A stretch of DNA of 34,593 nt from a virus (IMGVR_UViG_3300033513_000035:1-34593), one strand, 5' to 3'; counted from the first letter of the stretch, positions 1-8,464 are shown. The notes: generated by a model from the sequence alone, not told the origin. Made by a program: numbers and translations.

Positions 1-398
1 ACGTCCCGCGCGACCTGGAGATCCTTCGCCTCGCGCCCCGCCCACAGGGTGTCGACCCACGCGTCGCACGCGACGAGGACGCGCTCCGTGGTCCTCGGCC
101 ACTTCGCGCGGACGGCCTGCTTGAGCTCCGCGACGGTCGCCTCGGGGAAGAGGCGGAGGTTCGCGCCGACGAGGGCCGCGATTGAATTGAGGGACCGCTC
201 CGCGAGCTTCACGGGCCGGTCCTCGGGGAGGGGGGACAGGGCCGCCGAGGACTTGCGGACCTCGCGGCCGGTCTTCAGGTTCGTGCAGACCCAGGGTCTC
301 TGCGTCCCGTCGATGCGCCCCGTCACCTTCACACGCACGCGATCGCCGGACACCTTCGCAAGATACTCGCCGCCGATCGTGATCTCTTCCTTGCGCAT
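1..398 (-). CDS. Hypothetical protein, runs off the window (MRKEEITIGGEYLAKVSGDRVRVKV...)
   Basis: Not in the ORF track because it has no stop in the window; translated by hand. AAGGAGGT RBS precedes ATG at 398. N-terminus resembles a small beta-domain I recall from Planctomycetota prophage proteins. Confidence 0.8.
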   Translation of the reverse strand, partial: MRKEEITIGGEYLAKVSGDRVRVKVTGRIDGTQRPWVCTNLKTGREVRKSSAALSPLPEDRPVKLAERSLNSIAALVGANLRLFPEATVAELKQAVRAKWPRTTERVLVACDAWVDTLWAGREAKDLQVARD

Positions 399-413
399 GC
401 CGCACCTCCTTCA

Positions 414-443
414 TCTATAGCCCTAAATACAAGGCATGATGAA
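414..443 (-). promoter_or_regulatory. Candidate promoter, TTCATC-N18-TATAGA
   Basis: AT-rich intergenic island in GC-rich DNA, directly upstream of an RBS. The GGG(C)TATAGA motif recurs at 13913-13922. Confidence 0.4.
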
Positions 444-499
444 GAAGATTTAAGTATCGCGCTGAAGGGCGTACGAGCCTCTCTGTTGCGTTCGACGGG

Positions 500-775
500 T
501 CACGCGACCGGAATGACCTCCGGGGCCTCGATCTCGCCGCCCCGGGGCGCGTGCGCCGCGATTTTCTCCCACTCGTCCCTCGGCGCCGCCTCGAGGGCGC
601 GGCGGAGGTCCCTCGCCTCCTTGTTGCCCTTCCTCCACGCGACGAGGAGCCCGGTCGCGACCTCGGTGACGCAATAGCCCTTCCGGGGCGCCTTGTGAAT
701 GACGAGCAGTCCGGGGCGCTTCGTGACGTCGCCGGCCACCTCAGGTCCGCCGGGGAACTGGTACTTGATTTTCAT
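500..775 (-). CDS. Hypothetical protein (91 aa, MKIKYQFPGGPEV...)
   Basis: ATG at 775 overlaps the upstream stop (ATGA); natural amino-acid composition. Confidence 0.75.
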   Translation of the reverse strand: MKIKYQFPGGPEVAGDVTKRPGLLVIHKAPRKGYCVTEVATGLLVAWRKGNKEARDLRRALEAAPRDEWEKIAAHAPRGGEIEAPEVIPVA

Positions 776-1173
776 AATCCGAGCCTCCGGAATTCCTGCC
801 CGAGCCGGCGCGCGTGGTCGCGGTCGAAGAGCCGGACGAGCCGGAGGAACTCGCGGCGCCACGGCCGGCCGTGCCGCGTGCGGCCGTCGCGCCGGAACTG
901 CGCGACGACGTGCGCGAGCTCGTGGGCAAGGACGACGCGCCACGACGACGAGCGCATGACCCACCGCCCGAGGCAGATCCGGCAATTCCATCCTCGGGAA
1001 TAGCCGAACGTGTTGTTGTCGGCGCCGAAGTAAAGGTGGACGGTGGGGAATCGCGACCGCGGGAACCGCCGGCGAATGAGCCAATCGAGGAACCTCCCCA
1101 CCTCCTTCTTCCCGCCCTCGGGGCCGCACGCCCGCTGCTCCGCGAGGTACACCTTCCGCTGGTCATTCGGCAT
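772..1173 (-). CDS. SprT-like / TIGR04338-like HEXXH zinc metallopeptidase
   Basis: QRKVYLAE N-terminus, LAHELAH motif, downstream HG..W..EF; GAGGTG RBS before ATG at 1173. Confidence 0.75.
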   Translation of the reverse strand: MPNDQRKVYLAEQRACGPEGGKKEVGRFLDWLIRRRFPRSRFPTVHLYFGADNNTFGYSRGWNCRICLGRWVMRSSSWRVVLAHELAHVVAQFRRDGRTRHGRPWRREFLRLVRLFDRDHARRLGQEFRRLGL

Positions 1174-1339
1174 CGAGCACCTCGCAATCGAACGCCCCAC
1201 AGTGGGGGCATTCCTGCGCGTCCTCGTCGTCGATGTCCGCCGGCCACACCGACGCGTGGGTCCGGAGACAGCATCGGCACCGGACGATGCCGGCGCACCA
1301 CCCGGCGTCCATCGCGTCGTCGAATTCGCCCCGGGTCAT
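1163..1339 (-). CDS. Small zinc-ribbon protein (58 aa)
   Basis: Hand translation MTRGEFDDAMDAGWCAGIVRCRCCLRTHASVWPADIDDEDAQECPHCGAFDCEVLDAE, with CxxC...CPHCG. ATGA overlap with upstream stop and fills the gap between neighbours; below the ORF-track cutoff. Confidence 0.75.
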   Translation of the reverse strand: MTRGEFDDAMDAGWCAGIVRCRCCLRTHASVWPADIDDEDAQECPHCGAFDCEVLDAE

Positions 1340-1626
1340 CGGAGGTCCCGAATCTCTTCGACGAGGTCCTTCCGGAAGCCCTCGAGCCGGTCGTCCATCA
1401 GATCGCCGAGCCCCTCGAGCTCGTCCCGGACGTCCGCGAGGAAGTCCTGCTGGTCCGCCTTGAACTGCGCGCGCTCGAACTCTTGACGGAGCCGGCGGAG
1501 CTCCGCGGTCATTCGGTCGAGGGCCTCGGCGACGTTCGCCGAGGGCGCCGGCTCGACGGCGCCGAGTCCCTCGGGTTCATTCGCTTGCATCGCCTGGATG
1601 TTGATCAGGGTCCTTCGCTTCACCAT
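1336..1626 (-). CDS. Hypothetical coiled-coil protein (96 aa)
   Basis: AAGGAGGT RBS before ATG at 1626; heptad-like acidic helix. Confidence 0.75.
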   Translation of the reverse strand: MVKRRTLINIQAMQANEPEGLGAVEPAPSANVAEALDRMTAELRRLRQEFERAQFKADQQDFLADVRDELEGLGDLMDDRLEGFRKDLVEEIRDLR

Positions 1627-2614
1627 CGACCTCCTTGCATTGCGGCGAGAGGAACAACGTCTCGCGACGTGCGTTCGCGTTATCCTCTCCCTGGTTCCCA
1701 TATCCCCCTTTCCCCTTCCACCTCACGGCGCGCCATCCGGCGCCGAGGAGCTCCGCGTGCTCCTCGTAGTAGCCGGCGAGAACGATGCGGTACTCGGGCC
1801 GCGCGCCCCGCTCCCTTGCCCACGCACGGACGTCCGCGGAGACGGTCGCGGAGTCCTTGTCGTAGAGCCCCCGCGCCCCCTCCGAGTATGGGGGATCGAG
1901 GAAGATTCCGCAATCCACGAATTTTATCGCCTGCCAATTTCCGCCACAGATCCTTGACCAGTCCCCACATACGACGCGCACGCCGCGGATCCGGGCCGCG
2001 AGGGCGCCGAACCACTCGAGGAGGTTCGCGCGGCGGACGATCCCTTGCCCCGGGGTCGTGAGGTGCGGGACCTGATTAAGTAATGCGCGATTGCCGGCAC
2101 CACCACCGGATCCTAAGTACGGGATCTTCCCGAGGGCCGCCTTGATGAGGGGCTTGTTCGATGGTCTACTGGTGTATGCCAAACTCGGAATCTGCCCGAG
2201 CCCCTTCGGTCGGTTCATCATCCCGCTCCCGATCCAAAGAGAGGAGCACCACAGCCAATAGCCGGCGAGGCGCGCGTCGAACCATTTCTCGTCCTCGACC
2301 ATGGCGGTGATGATCTCCTCGCCGCGGAGGAGCTCCCGGCGCCGGGCCGCGAGGTCGACGTGATTGACCGGCCAATCGCACCACTCGGCGACCTCCTCCG
2401 GCGCCCACTTGAGGGCGCGCCACACGTTCGCGACGTATCCGTCCGCGTCGCACACCGTCTCGACCTGTGGAGGGTCGGGCCGTGCGAGGAGCACGGCGCC
2501 GGAGCCGAGGAAGGGCTCCATGTAATGCTTCGGTTGCCCGAGGGCTTGCCACACGAGGTGCGCGGCCATCCCCTTGCCGCCGAAGTAGGGGGCGGGGAAC
2601 TTCAGTTTTTGCAC
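1577..2614 (-). CDS. DNA N6-adenine methyltransferase, D12/Dam class
   Basis: PYFGGK, EPFLGSG (SAM binding) and FLDPPY (catalytic) motifs; probable GTG start at 2614 after GAGGT. Confidence 0.9.
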   Translation of the reverse strand: MQKLKFPAPYFGGKGMAAHLVWQALGQPKHYMEPFLGSGAVLLARPDPPQVETVCDADGYVANVWRALKWAPEEVAEWCDWPVNHVDLAARRRELLRGEEIITAMVEDEKWFDARLAGYWLWCSSLWIGSGMMNRPKGLGQIPSLAYTSRPSNKPLIKAALGKIPYLGSGGGAGNRALLNQVPHLTTPGQGIVRRANLLEWFGALAARIRGVRVVCGDWSRICGGNWQAIKFVDCGIFLDPPYSEGARGLYDKDSATVSADVRAWARERGARPEYRIVLAGYYEEHAELLGAGWRAVRWKGKGGYGNQGEDNANARRETLFLSPQCKEVDGEAKDPDQHPGDASE

Positions 2615-2781
2615 GCCTTGAACCTCATGGCGATCGACACGAGGAGGATCCACGCGCCGGCGAGGACGGACATCCCGAGGACCTCGATGTCGTCCCACGG
2701 GTATCCCTTCGCCGTCATGTACACCATCCACGGCGCGGCCACCATCACCGACCACACCGTCGCTTTAAGTAGTACCACCAT
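2602..2781 (-). CDS. Small two-transmembrane protein (59 aa)
   Basis: MVVLLKATVWSVMVAAPWMVYMTAKG...VLGMSVLAGAWILLVSIAMRFK; TGATG coupling to the primase stop. Confidence 0.7.
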   Translation of the reverse strand: MVVLLKATVWSVMVAAPWMVYMTAKGYPWDDIEVLGMSVLAGAWILLVSIAMRFKACKN

Positions 2782-5111
2782 CAGAATTCCTCCGGGAGGG
2801 GCGCGGTGTCGTCCTCGCGCACCGTCTCCCAATTCTTCGGGCCGGCGAACGCCTTGTCGAACCAGTCCCGGCACTCCTCGAGCGCCGGGAGGACGTAGAA
2901 GTACGGGCGGGGGCACGTCGCGACGCTCCCGTTCGCCCGCGTGAATGTGTACGGAGTCCGCTTCTGAATCCGTTCGTGCTTGGGGACGAGGCGCCGAAAG
3001 AGGTGGCCGAACGCGAGGGAGCTCCGCTCCCCGGTCGCGTCGCGGAAGTCCTCGAACAGGGCGATGGCGGGGACCTCCCGCTCCCACCGCTCGTGCTCCG
3101 ACAGCACGCGCCCGTCGCGGAGCTTCGCGTACCACCACTGCTCCTCGGGCGGTCGCGAGAAGTCGACCTGCACGGCGTGCTCCCACGTGGTCGGGACCTG
3201 CCGGATGTTCCATCCCTCGAGGTTCCGGTTCAGGAGGAAGTGAAGGAGGGCCTCGCGACCTCCCGAGGACATCTGCCGCTCGAGGGCTTCAAAATAGGCG
3301 AAGTCCTTGATTCTCCGGTCGACCACGTCGAGGACGAAGAAGCGGCGGTCGTCGGTGCCGACCGGGGCGACCCACTGCTCGTTGCTCGCCATGATGAGGT
3401 GGACGCAATTCGCCGAGGTCTCCGCGTTGACGCCCTTCGCCTCGATTACCAGCATCGATTCGGTGATGAGGGTCTTTAGGACGCCCTCGGCGATCTTGTC
3501 CCCGGCGTGGAACGCCTCGTCGGCGAAGAGCACTACGCAGTCGCGGAGGTGGGAATTGAACGCGCCCACGAGAAATTTTGAGTTGGCGATCTGCATGAAG
3601 TGCCGGCCCCACAGGGATCCGAAGGTCCGCGTGAAGACCCCCTTCCCCGTCCCCTGCCGGCCGCGGAGGACGACCGCGACCTCGCCCGGCTGCGCGGGAT
3701 ATTGGACGCAATTCGCCATCCAATTCAGGAGGTAGTTAGACTTCTCGATGCTCCCGGCGCAGATCGTTTCCCGGACGTGCTCGAGGTAGAGGTCGCAATT
3801 GCCGGGGCGCGCGTCGCACGCGAAGCCGCGCCACAGGTTGTAGGCGCCGTCGACCTCGCGGCCGGGGACGAAGGTCACGCGATCGTATTGCCGGCGATGG
3901 GGATGTTTGAGCCACCACTTCCCGAGGGGCATCGTGATCGGGGTGCCGTCGTCCTTGTTGCCGACCGTCACCTCGACGTTGAGGTATGATCCCTCAATGT
4001 CGGTGAAGGATTGCACGGTGAGGAGGCTCCGCTCGAGGCGGTCGTCCCGCTGCTCCTCGATGACGCGGCACTTCCCGCCGTAGTTCCGCACGACCGCGTG
4101 CCGGTCGTTCATCTTGCGGAGGTTCTCGTCCTCGCACTCCTCCCGCGCCCGTTCGATCTGCCGGAGCGCGTACCGCTCCGTCGAGCTTCCCTTCTCGAGG
4201 ACGGACTCCGAAATTTTATGATCCGGGTCGGTGATGATGCTGTAGATGTCCTCGTCCGACACGTCCGCCCGCACGAGGGCGCACACGACGGCGAACAACG
4301 CCTCGGACCTGGAGGGCCACGTCTTCTCCCCCTCGGGATCCTTGCCGTGGACGATGACGGGTCCGCACCATCGGGGGAGCTTCTCGCCGAGCTCCTCCAT
4401 CACGTCGACGCGCCGCACGTTGCCGGGGGCGACCACCTTCCGGCCGGCGAAGCCGACGTCCCCGGCCTGCGTCGGCGCCGCCTTCGTGAACTGCTTGATG
4501 TCGTACTCACGGTCGACGCAGAAGTCGATGACCTTCGCGAGGGCGAGCTTTTGCCCGCGGGCCTTCTTCTTCGCGTTGGGCCGATTGACGGTTCCGGGAA
4601 GGCGCATGATGCGGTCGACGTTGCCGGTCGCGTCCGATTGAAAGAGGGTCTCGAGTTGCGTATTGTACCGCTTCGCGTCCTCGGCAAGGGCAACGTCCCC
4701 ATTGATGGGGACGGGTTCCTTCAGCCTCCAGAATGCCTGGTATCCGCCGCCCGAGAAGATGACGCACGTCGGGGGCGGAACGCCCGCCGGGGGCTGCTTC
4801 AACGACGAGAGGATGCGCGCCTGCTCCGCATCGAGGTCCTCCCCGGCCCTCGGGTCGAGGTCGATGTGGAGCCACGCCATCGCGGCGATGTCGGCGCGCT
4901 CCGTCTTCTTCTCGACGTCCCCGCGGACCGGGTTGACCTGGAAGTAGATGTTGTGGTCGGCGCCCTTCTCCTCGAGCCACACCCGGCACGCGGCCTCCTC
5001 GCGGAAGGTCCGCGTCGTGACGGCGCGGTCCTTGATCGCGGTCAGGACCCACACCCCGTCGGGGTGGAACGCCCGGAGGAAGTTGATCGAGGTGCTATAG
5101 TTTGCTTGCAT
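2781..5111 (-). CDS. DNA primase-helicase (RepB-like primase N-terminus + SF3-type/DUF5906 helicase)
   Basis: HIDLD, SGGGYQAFW and RIMRLPGT primase motifs; Walker A GRQGTGKG, Walker B LFADE, motif C MASN. Confidence 0.9.
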   Translation of the reverse strand: MQANYSTSINFLRAFHPDGVWVLTAIKDRAVTTRTFREEAACRVWLEEKGADHNIYFQVNPVRGDVEKKTERADIAAMAWLHIDLDPRAGEDLDAEQARILSSLKQPPAGVPPPTCVIFSGGGYQAFWRLKEPVPINGDVALAEDAKRYNTQLETLFQSDATGNVDRIMRLPGTVNRPNAKKKARGQKLALAKVIDFCVDREYDIKQFTKAAPTQAGDVGFAGRKVVAPGNVRRVDVMEELGEKLPRWCGPVIVHGKDPEGEKTWPSRSEALFAVVCALVRADVSDEDIYSIITDPDHKISESVLEKGSSTERYALRQIERAREECEDENLRKMNDRHAVVRNYGGKCRVIEEQRDDRLERSLLTVQSFTDIEGSYLNVEVTVGNKDDGTPITMPLGKWWLKHPHRRQYDRVTFVPGREVDGAYNLWRGFACDARPGNCDLYLEHVRETICAGSIEKSNYLLNWMANCVQYPAQPGEVAVVLRGRQGTGKGVFTRTFGSLWGRHFMQIANSKFLVGAFNSHLRDCVVLFADEAFHAGDKIAEGVLKTLITESMLVIEAKGVNAETSANCVHLIMASNEQWVAPVGTDDRRFFVLDVVDRRIKDFAYFEALERQMSSGGREALLHFLLNRNLEGWNIRQVPTTWEHAVQVDFSRPPEEQWWYAKLRDGRVLSEHERWEREVPAIALFEDFRDATGERSSLAFGHLFRRLVPKHERIQKRTPYTFTRANGSVATCPRPYFYVLPALEECRDWFDKAFAGPKNWETVREDDTAPLPEEF

Positions 5112-5517
5112 GGTGCACCGCGCTCCGCACGAGCCACGCGAGGAGGTCGTCCTCGGGGGAGGAGAAGATGGCGATGCGCGCCGCCGCGAGCTCGTCCGCC
5201 GTGGAGTAATCGACGATTCGGGCGGCCGTCTCCCCCCACAGGAGGAGCCAGTCCCGGCCGACCTTCAGGAGGAGCCACGCCGCGCCGCCGGCCTCGCACC
5301 TCTTGATGAGCCATAGGCGTTGTTCGGGGGTGAAGTGCGGGACGCGGACCGGGGTCTCGGGGCGCGCCGGCCACCCGTCGATGCTCTTGAGCTCGAGCCA
5401 ACCGAGGACGCAGTTGACGTCGGGGGTCCCCGCGCCGGCGCCGTTCTCGACGGAGACGGCGTGCAGGGGGCGGAGCGCCGCCACGACGCGCTTGCGCATG
5501 TCCCTCTCGAGGCTCAC
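5095..5517 (-). CDS. VRR-NUC / Holliday junction resolvase-like PD-(D/E)xK nuclease
   Basis: VEN..GAGTPDVN...WLELK...TPEQ..W; GTG start overlaps the upstream stop (GTGA). Confidence 0.8.
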   Translation of the reverse strand: MSLERDMRKRVVAALRPLHAVSVENGAGAGTPDVNCVLGWLELKSIDGWPARPETPVRVPHFTPEQRLWLIKRCEAGGAAWLLLKVGRDWLLLWGETAARIVDYSTADELAAARIAIFSSPEDDLLAWLVRSAVHHASKL

Positions 5518-5807
5518 GCGAATTGCCTCCGCAGCGTTTCCGCGAGGCCCGGGACCTCGCGCGTCAACCGCCGTACGGTCGCCAAAGCCTCCCGGACGGT
5601 CCGCCGGCGCCGGCGGCGGATGACGAGGAGGAACGCGTCGACGTGCGCCTTCCCGATGGTGGCGGACGCCGGCGAAAACCATCGTTCCTCGACGAGGTCG
5701 CGGATGCGATCGCCGCTCCGAATCGTCCCGGTCGCGACGTTCCACCTCCCCCTCGGGCTTGGGCATTGGTAGCACACCCCTCGGAAAACGACGTGAAAGA
5801 TTTTCAC
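5514..5807 (-). CDS. Hypothetical protein (97 aa)
   Basis: Coupled to both neighbours by GTGA overlaps. Confidence 0.6.
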   Translation of the reverse strand: MKIFHVVFRGVCYQCPSPRGRWNVATGTIRSGDRIRDLVEERWFSPASATIGKAHVDAFLLVIRRRRRRTVREALATVRRLTREVPGLAETLRRQFA

Positions 5808-6118
5808 TTTGCGAATTCCTTGAACTGCTCCGCGAGCCGGGAACGCTCCGCGATGAGGGCCTTGAGGACCCGCTTACGCTCCGCGAGGTTCTTGATCTCG
5901 GTCGTCACGTGCCGGCTTTGTCGCTGAAGGTCGGCGACCTGGACCTGGATCTCCCGAACGAGGAGCTGGAACGCCGCCCTTGCCGCCGGCGTCTTTCTTC
6001 CCGCGCGAAGCCTTCGATCCTTTTTGTACGCGAAGGGATCCTTGGATTCCTCGAACACGAGGTCGTTGAGGATCGGGTTTTCCGAAGATCGCTTCCCACC
6101 GTCGGCTGAATTCTTCAT
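5804..6118 (-). CDS. Hypothetical coiled-coil protein (104 aa, MKNSADGGKR...)
   Basis: AGGAGGT RBS before ATG at 6118; C-terminal heptads; stop coupled to the next gene. Confidence 0.7.
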   Translation of the reverse strand: MKNSADGGKRSSENPILNDLVFEESKDPFAYKKDRRLRAGRKTPAARAAFQLLVREIQVQVADLQRQSRHVTTEIKNLAERKRVLKALIAERSRLAEQFKEFAK

Positions 6119-6197
6119 CGGATACCTCCTTCGGTCGCCTCGCGTCGCCCTTGCCGCACCCCCTCGAGGGCCGAGGGACGTCCTTCCACTTCGCCAT
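5874..6197 (-). CDS. Possible small conserved phage protein overlapping 5804-6118 in another frame
   Basis: GAGGTG RBS. The segment GKGDARRP..VSDEEFSRRWEAIFGK matches a short phage protein pattern I recall (GKG..RP....F...W..IFGK). Confidence 0.45.
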   Translation of the reverse strand: MAKWKDVPRPSRGCGKGDARRPKEVSDEEFSRRWEAIFGKPDPQRPRVRGIQGSLRVQKGSKASRGKKDAGGKGGVPAPRSGDPGPGRRPSATKPARDDRDQEPRGA

Positions 6198-6226
6198 GAT
6201 ACCACCTCGAATCTTCGTTGCCTACC

Positions 6227-8176
6227 TTATTTCGCCTCCCCCCACGACGGGCCGATTTCCACGTCGACCTTCGCTGGCACGTCGAGGGGGACGACGTTTC
6301 GCATGAGCTCCGCGAGGGCCTCCGCCTCCGCCCGGTCGCGGACGGAGAGGTCGAGCTCGTCGTGGATTTGAAGTTGCAGGTAGAAGCCGGCGCGGTCCGC
6401 CTCGACCATCGCCGTCTTCGTTTGGTCCGCCGAGGATCCTTGAATGATACGGTTGAGGGCCTTGTGCGCCTCGTCGAGGTGCCCGTCGACGTATCGGAAT
6501 CGGCACCGCCGGCCGGAGAGGGTCCGGACGAACCCGACCTTCTCCGCCTTGTCCTGTGCCTTGCGCGCGAGGTCGCGGACGAAGGGGACCATCGCGTGGT
6601 ATTGGTCGATGATCGCCTGCCCCTCGGGGCCCGCGAAGTGCAACGTGGACGCCTTCGCCGCCGTCATGAAGCCCTTCGCGACGAGCTTCGCGCGCCGGTC
6701 CTTCGTCTCCTCGGGCCCGAGGAGCGGGAGCCCGAGGTTCCGGCAGAGCTTCCCTCCGCCCATGCCGTAGCAAAGCCCGAGGAAGATCGCCTTCGCGTTG
6801 CCTCGAGCCTTCTTGCGGTCGGGTTCGGAGGGGAAGCATAGGTCCGCGGTCGCCTTGTGGAGGTCGAGGTCGGGGTCCGCGCGGTACCGAGCCGCCATCT
6901 CGGGCCCGCCGGGGCACCTCGTCCGGCTCGCGTAGTGCACGGTCATGCGGGGCTCCTGCCCGGAGTAATCGCACGCCGCCCACAGGAGCCCCTCCTCGGG
7001 GACGTATATCGACCGCCACATCGGACCGATTTCGGGGTCCCGCGCCGGCTGCTGTTGGAGGTTCGGGAGGACGGCGGAGAGGCGGCCGTACGCGGCGCCG
7101 TCGGAATCGTCTCCCCCCATGTTCTCGCCCCGCATCTGGTTGAAGGTGCAGTGGATGCGACCGTTCACCATGTGGCGCTCGATCGACGCGACGAACGACG
7201 TGCGGACCTTGTTGACCTTCCTCGCGCGGACGAACGCCTTCGCCGCGGGGTGCGCGATCGCCTCGAACACGTCGCGCTTCGCCGAGGGCTTGCCCGTCCT
7301 CGTCTTAGGGGGCGTCACGCCGAGGTACGCGAGGAGCCGCTGCGCCGGCTCGGGGAGCCACACCTCGCCGACCCCGATCCGGATCCCGGACCGCGCGTGG
7401 ACCTCCTCGAGGGCCTTCGCCTCCTCGGCCTCGGACCACCGGCGGACCTCGTCGAGCTTTCCCTGGTCAATCCGGACGCCCCGCCGGCGCATCTTGACGA
7501 GGACGGGGAGGACGCGGGACTCGAGGTCGTACACCCGCCATAGGTCCTGTTCTTCAATACGCCGCTCCTGGAGCCGGAGAAGCCGGAGGGGGAGTCGGAC
7601 GTCCTGCTCGGCGTAGGCGCCGATGTGTCTCGCCGGGAGCTTCCAGAGCTCCGCCTTCGGGTCGAGGCCCCACCGCTCCGCCGCCGCCCGGAGGCCGGCC
7701 TCGTCCTTCCCGGGGATGGCGTACCGCGCCGCGACGCCGTCGAGGGAGTAGTCGTCCTGGAGCTCGTCGATGAGGGGCTCCGCGACCTTGATGCAGTCCC
7801 GGAAAAATCGGGGGCGCCGGAAGGAGACCCCGGCCTCCTCGAGGAAGTCGAGGTCGTATTGCAGGTTCGCGCCGACGACGTCGCCCATGAATCCCGCCGC
7901 CTCGGTGCGGAGGTATCCGAGGACCTCGTCCTCGGATAAGTTATCCCCGGCCGCGTGCTGGATGGGAAGGTAGAACGCCGGGCCGTCCTCGATCGCGACG
8001 GAGACGCCGACGATGTACGCCCCGCGGCGCACCCCGGGGCCGAGGGTCTTGATCTTCTCGTCCCGGGTCTCGACGTCGATGGCGATGCGCTTCGCGCCGT
8101 CCCACCTCGGGAGGCGCGCCGGGGGCCGCCACGTCGATCGCGGATCAAACATGGGACGTTGGACCCAATCGCTCAT
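6227..8176 (-). CDS. polA: Family A DNA polymerase with 3'-5' exonuclease
   Basis: Exo motifs IDVET, NLQYD, YAEQD; Pol motif A DYSGQEPR, motif B RGNAKAIFLGLCYG, motif C IHDE. Confidence 0.95.
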   Translation of the reverse strand: MSDWVQRPMFDPRSTWRPPARLPRWDGAKRIAIDVETRDEKIKTLGPGVRRGAYIVGVSVAIEDGPAFYLPIQHAAGDNLSEDEVLGYLRTEAAGFMGDVVGANLQYDLDFLEEAGVSFRRPRFFRDCIKVAEPLIDELQDDYSLDGVAARYAIPGKDEAGLRAAAERWGLDPKAELWKLPARHIGAYAEQDVRLPLRLLRLQERRIEEQDLWRVYDLESRVLPVLVKMRRRGVRIDQGKLDEVRRWSEAEEAKALEEVHARSGIRIGVGEVWLPEPAQRLLAYLGVTPPKTRTGKPSAKRDVFEAIAHPAAKAFVRARKVNKVRTSFVASIERHMVNGRIHCTFNQMRGENMGGDDSDGAAYGRLSAVLPNLQQQPARDPEIGPMWRSIYVPEEGLLWAACDYSGQEPRMTVHYASRTRCPGGPEMAARYRADPDLDLHKATADLCFPSEPDRKKARGNAKAIFLGLCYGMGGGKLCRNLGLPLLGPEETKDRRAKLVAKGFMTAAKASTLHFAGPEGQAIIDQYHAMVPFVRDLARKAQDKAEKVGFVRTLSGRRCRFRYVDGHLDEAHKALNRIIQGSSADQTKTAMVEADRAGFYLQLQIHDELDLSVRDRAEAEALAELMRNVVPLDVPAKVDVEIGPSWGEAK

Positions 8177-8463
8177 GCGTCTTTCTTCACGAGCTCGCGC
8201 GCGCGATCGAGGACTGCGTCGTTGTAGTAGTCTCCGGTGTCGAGGGCCTTTAACAGATCACGAACGCACGCCTCGATCGCGGCGATGCGTGCTTTTAGCT
8301 TTTCCATGTCGGAAACGGGAACAAGAAAATAGGTGCCTGGAGAAGGACACCCGGCGAAACAACAACTACCGAAGTCATCTGATTCTCTCTGAAAATCACA
8401 ACGAACACAACGCCCTATGTCGTGTCCGCTTCCTGGAATTTCGATTTGTTTATACTCGCTCAT
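8173..8463 (-). CDS. Cys-rich hypothetical protein (96 aa, MSEYKQIEIPG...)
   Basis: ATG 1 nt after the upstream stop; CVRC...CCFAGC; stop overlaps the polymerase start; visibly lower GC. Confidence 0.7.
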   Translation of the reverse strand: MSEYKQIEIPGSGHDIGRCVRCDFQRESDDFGSCCFAGCPSPGTYFLVPVSDMEKLKARIAAIEACVRDLLKALDTGDYYNDAVLDRARELVKKDA

Positions 8464-8464
8464 T

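Noticed and set aside
460-500. Possible third copy of the leader RNA (GCAACAGAGAGGC..GCCCTTC)
   Set aside because: Only a weak P3-like resemblance; P1 and P2 are absent.
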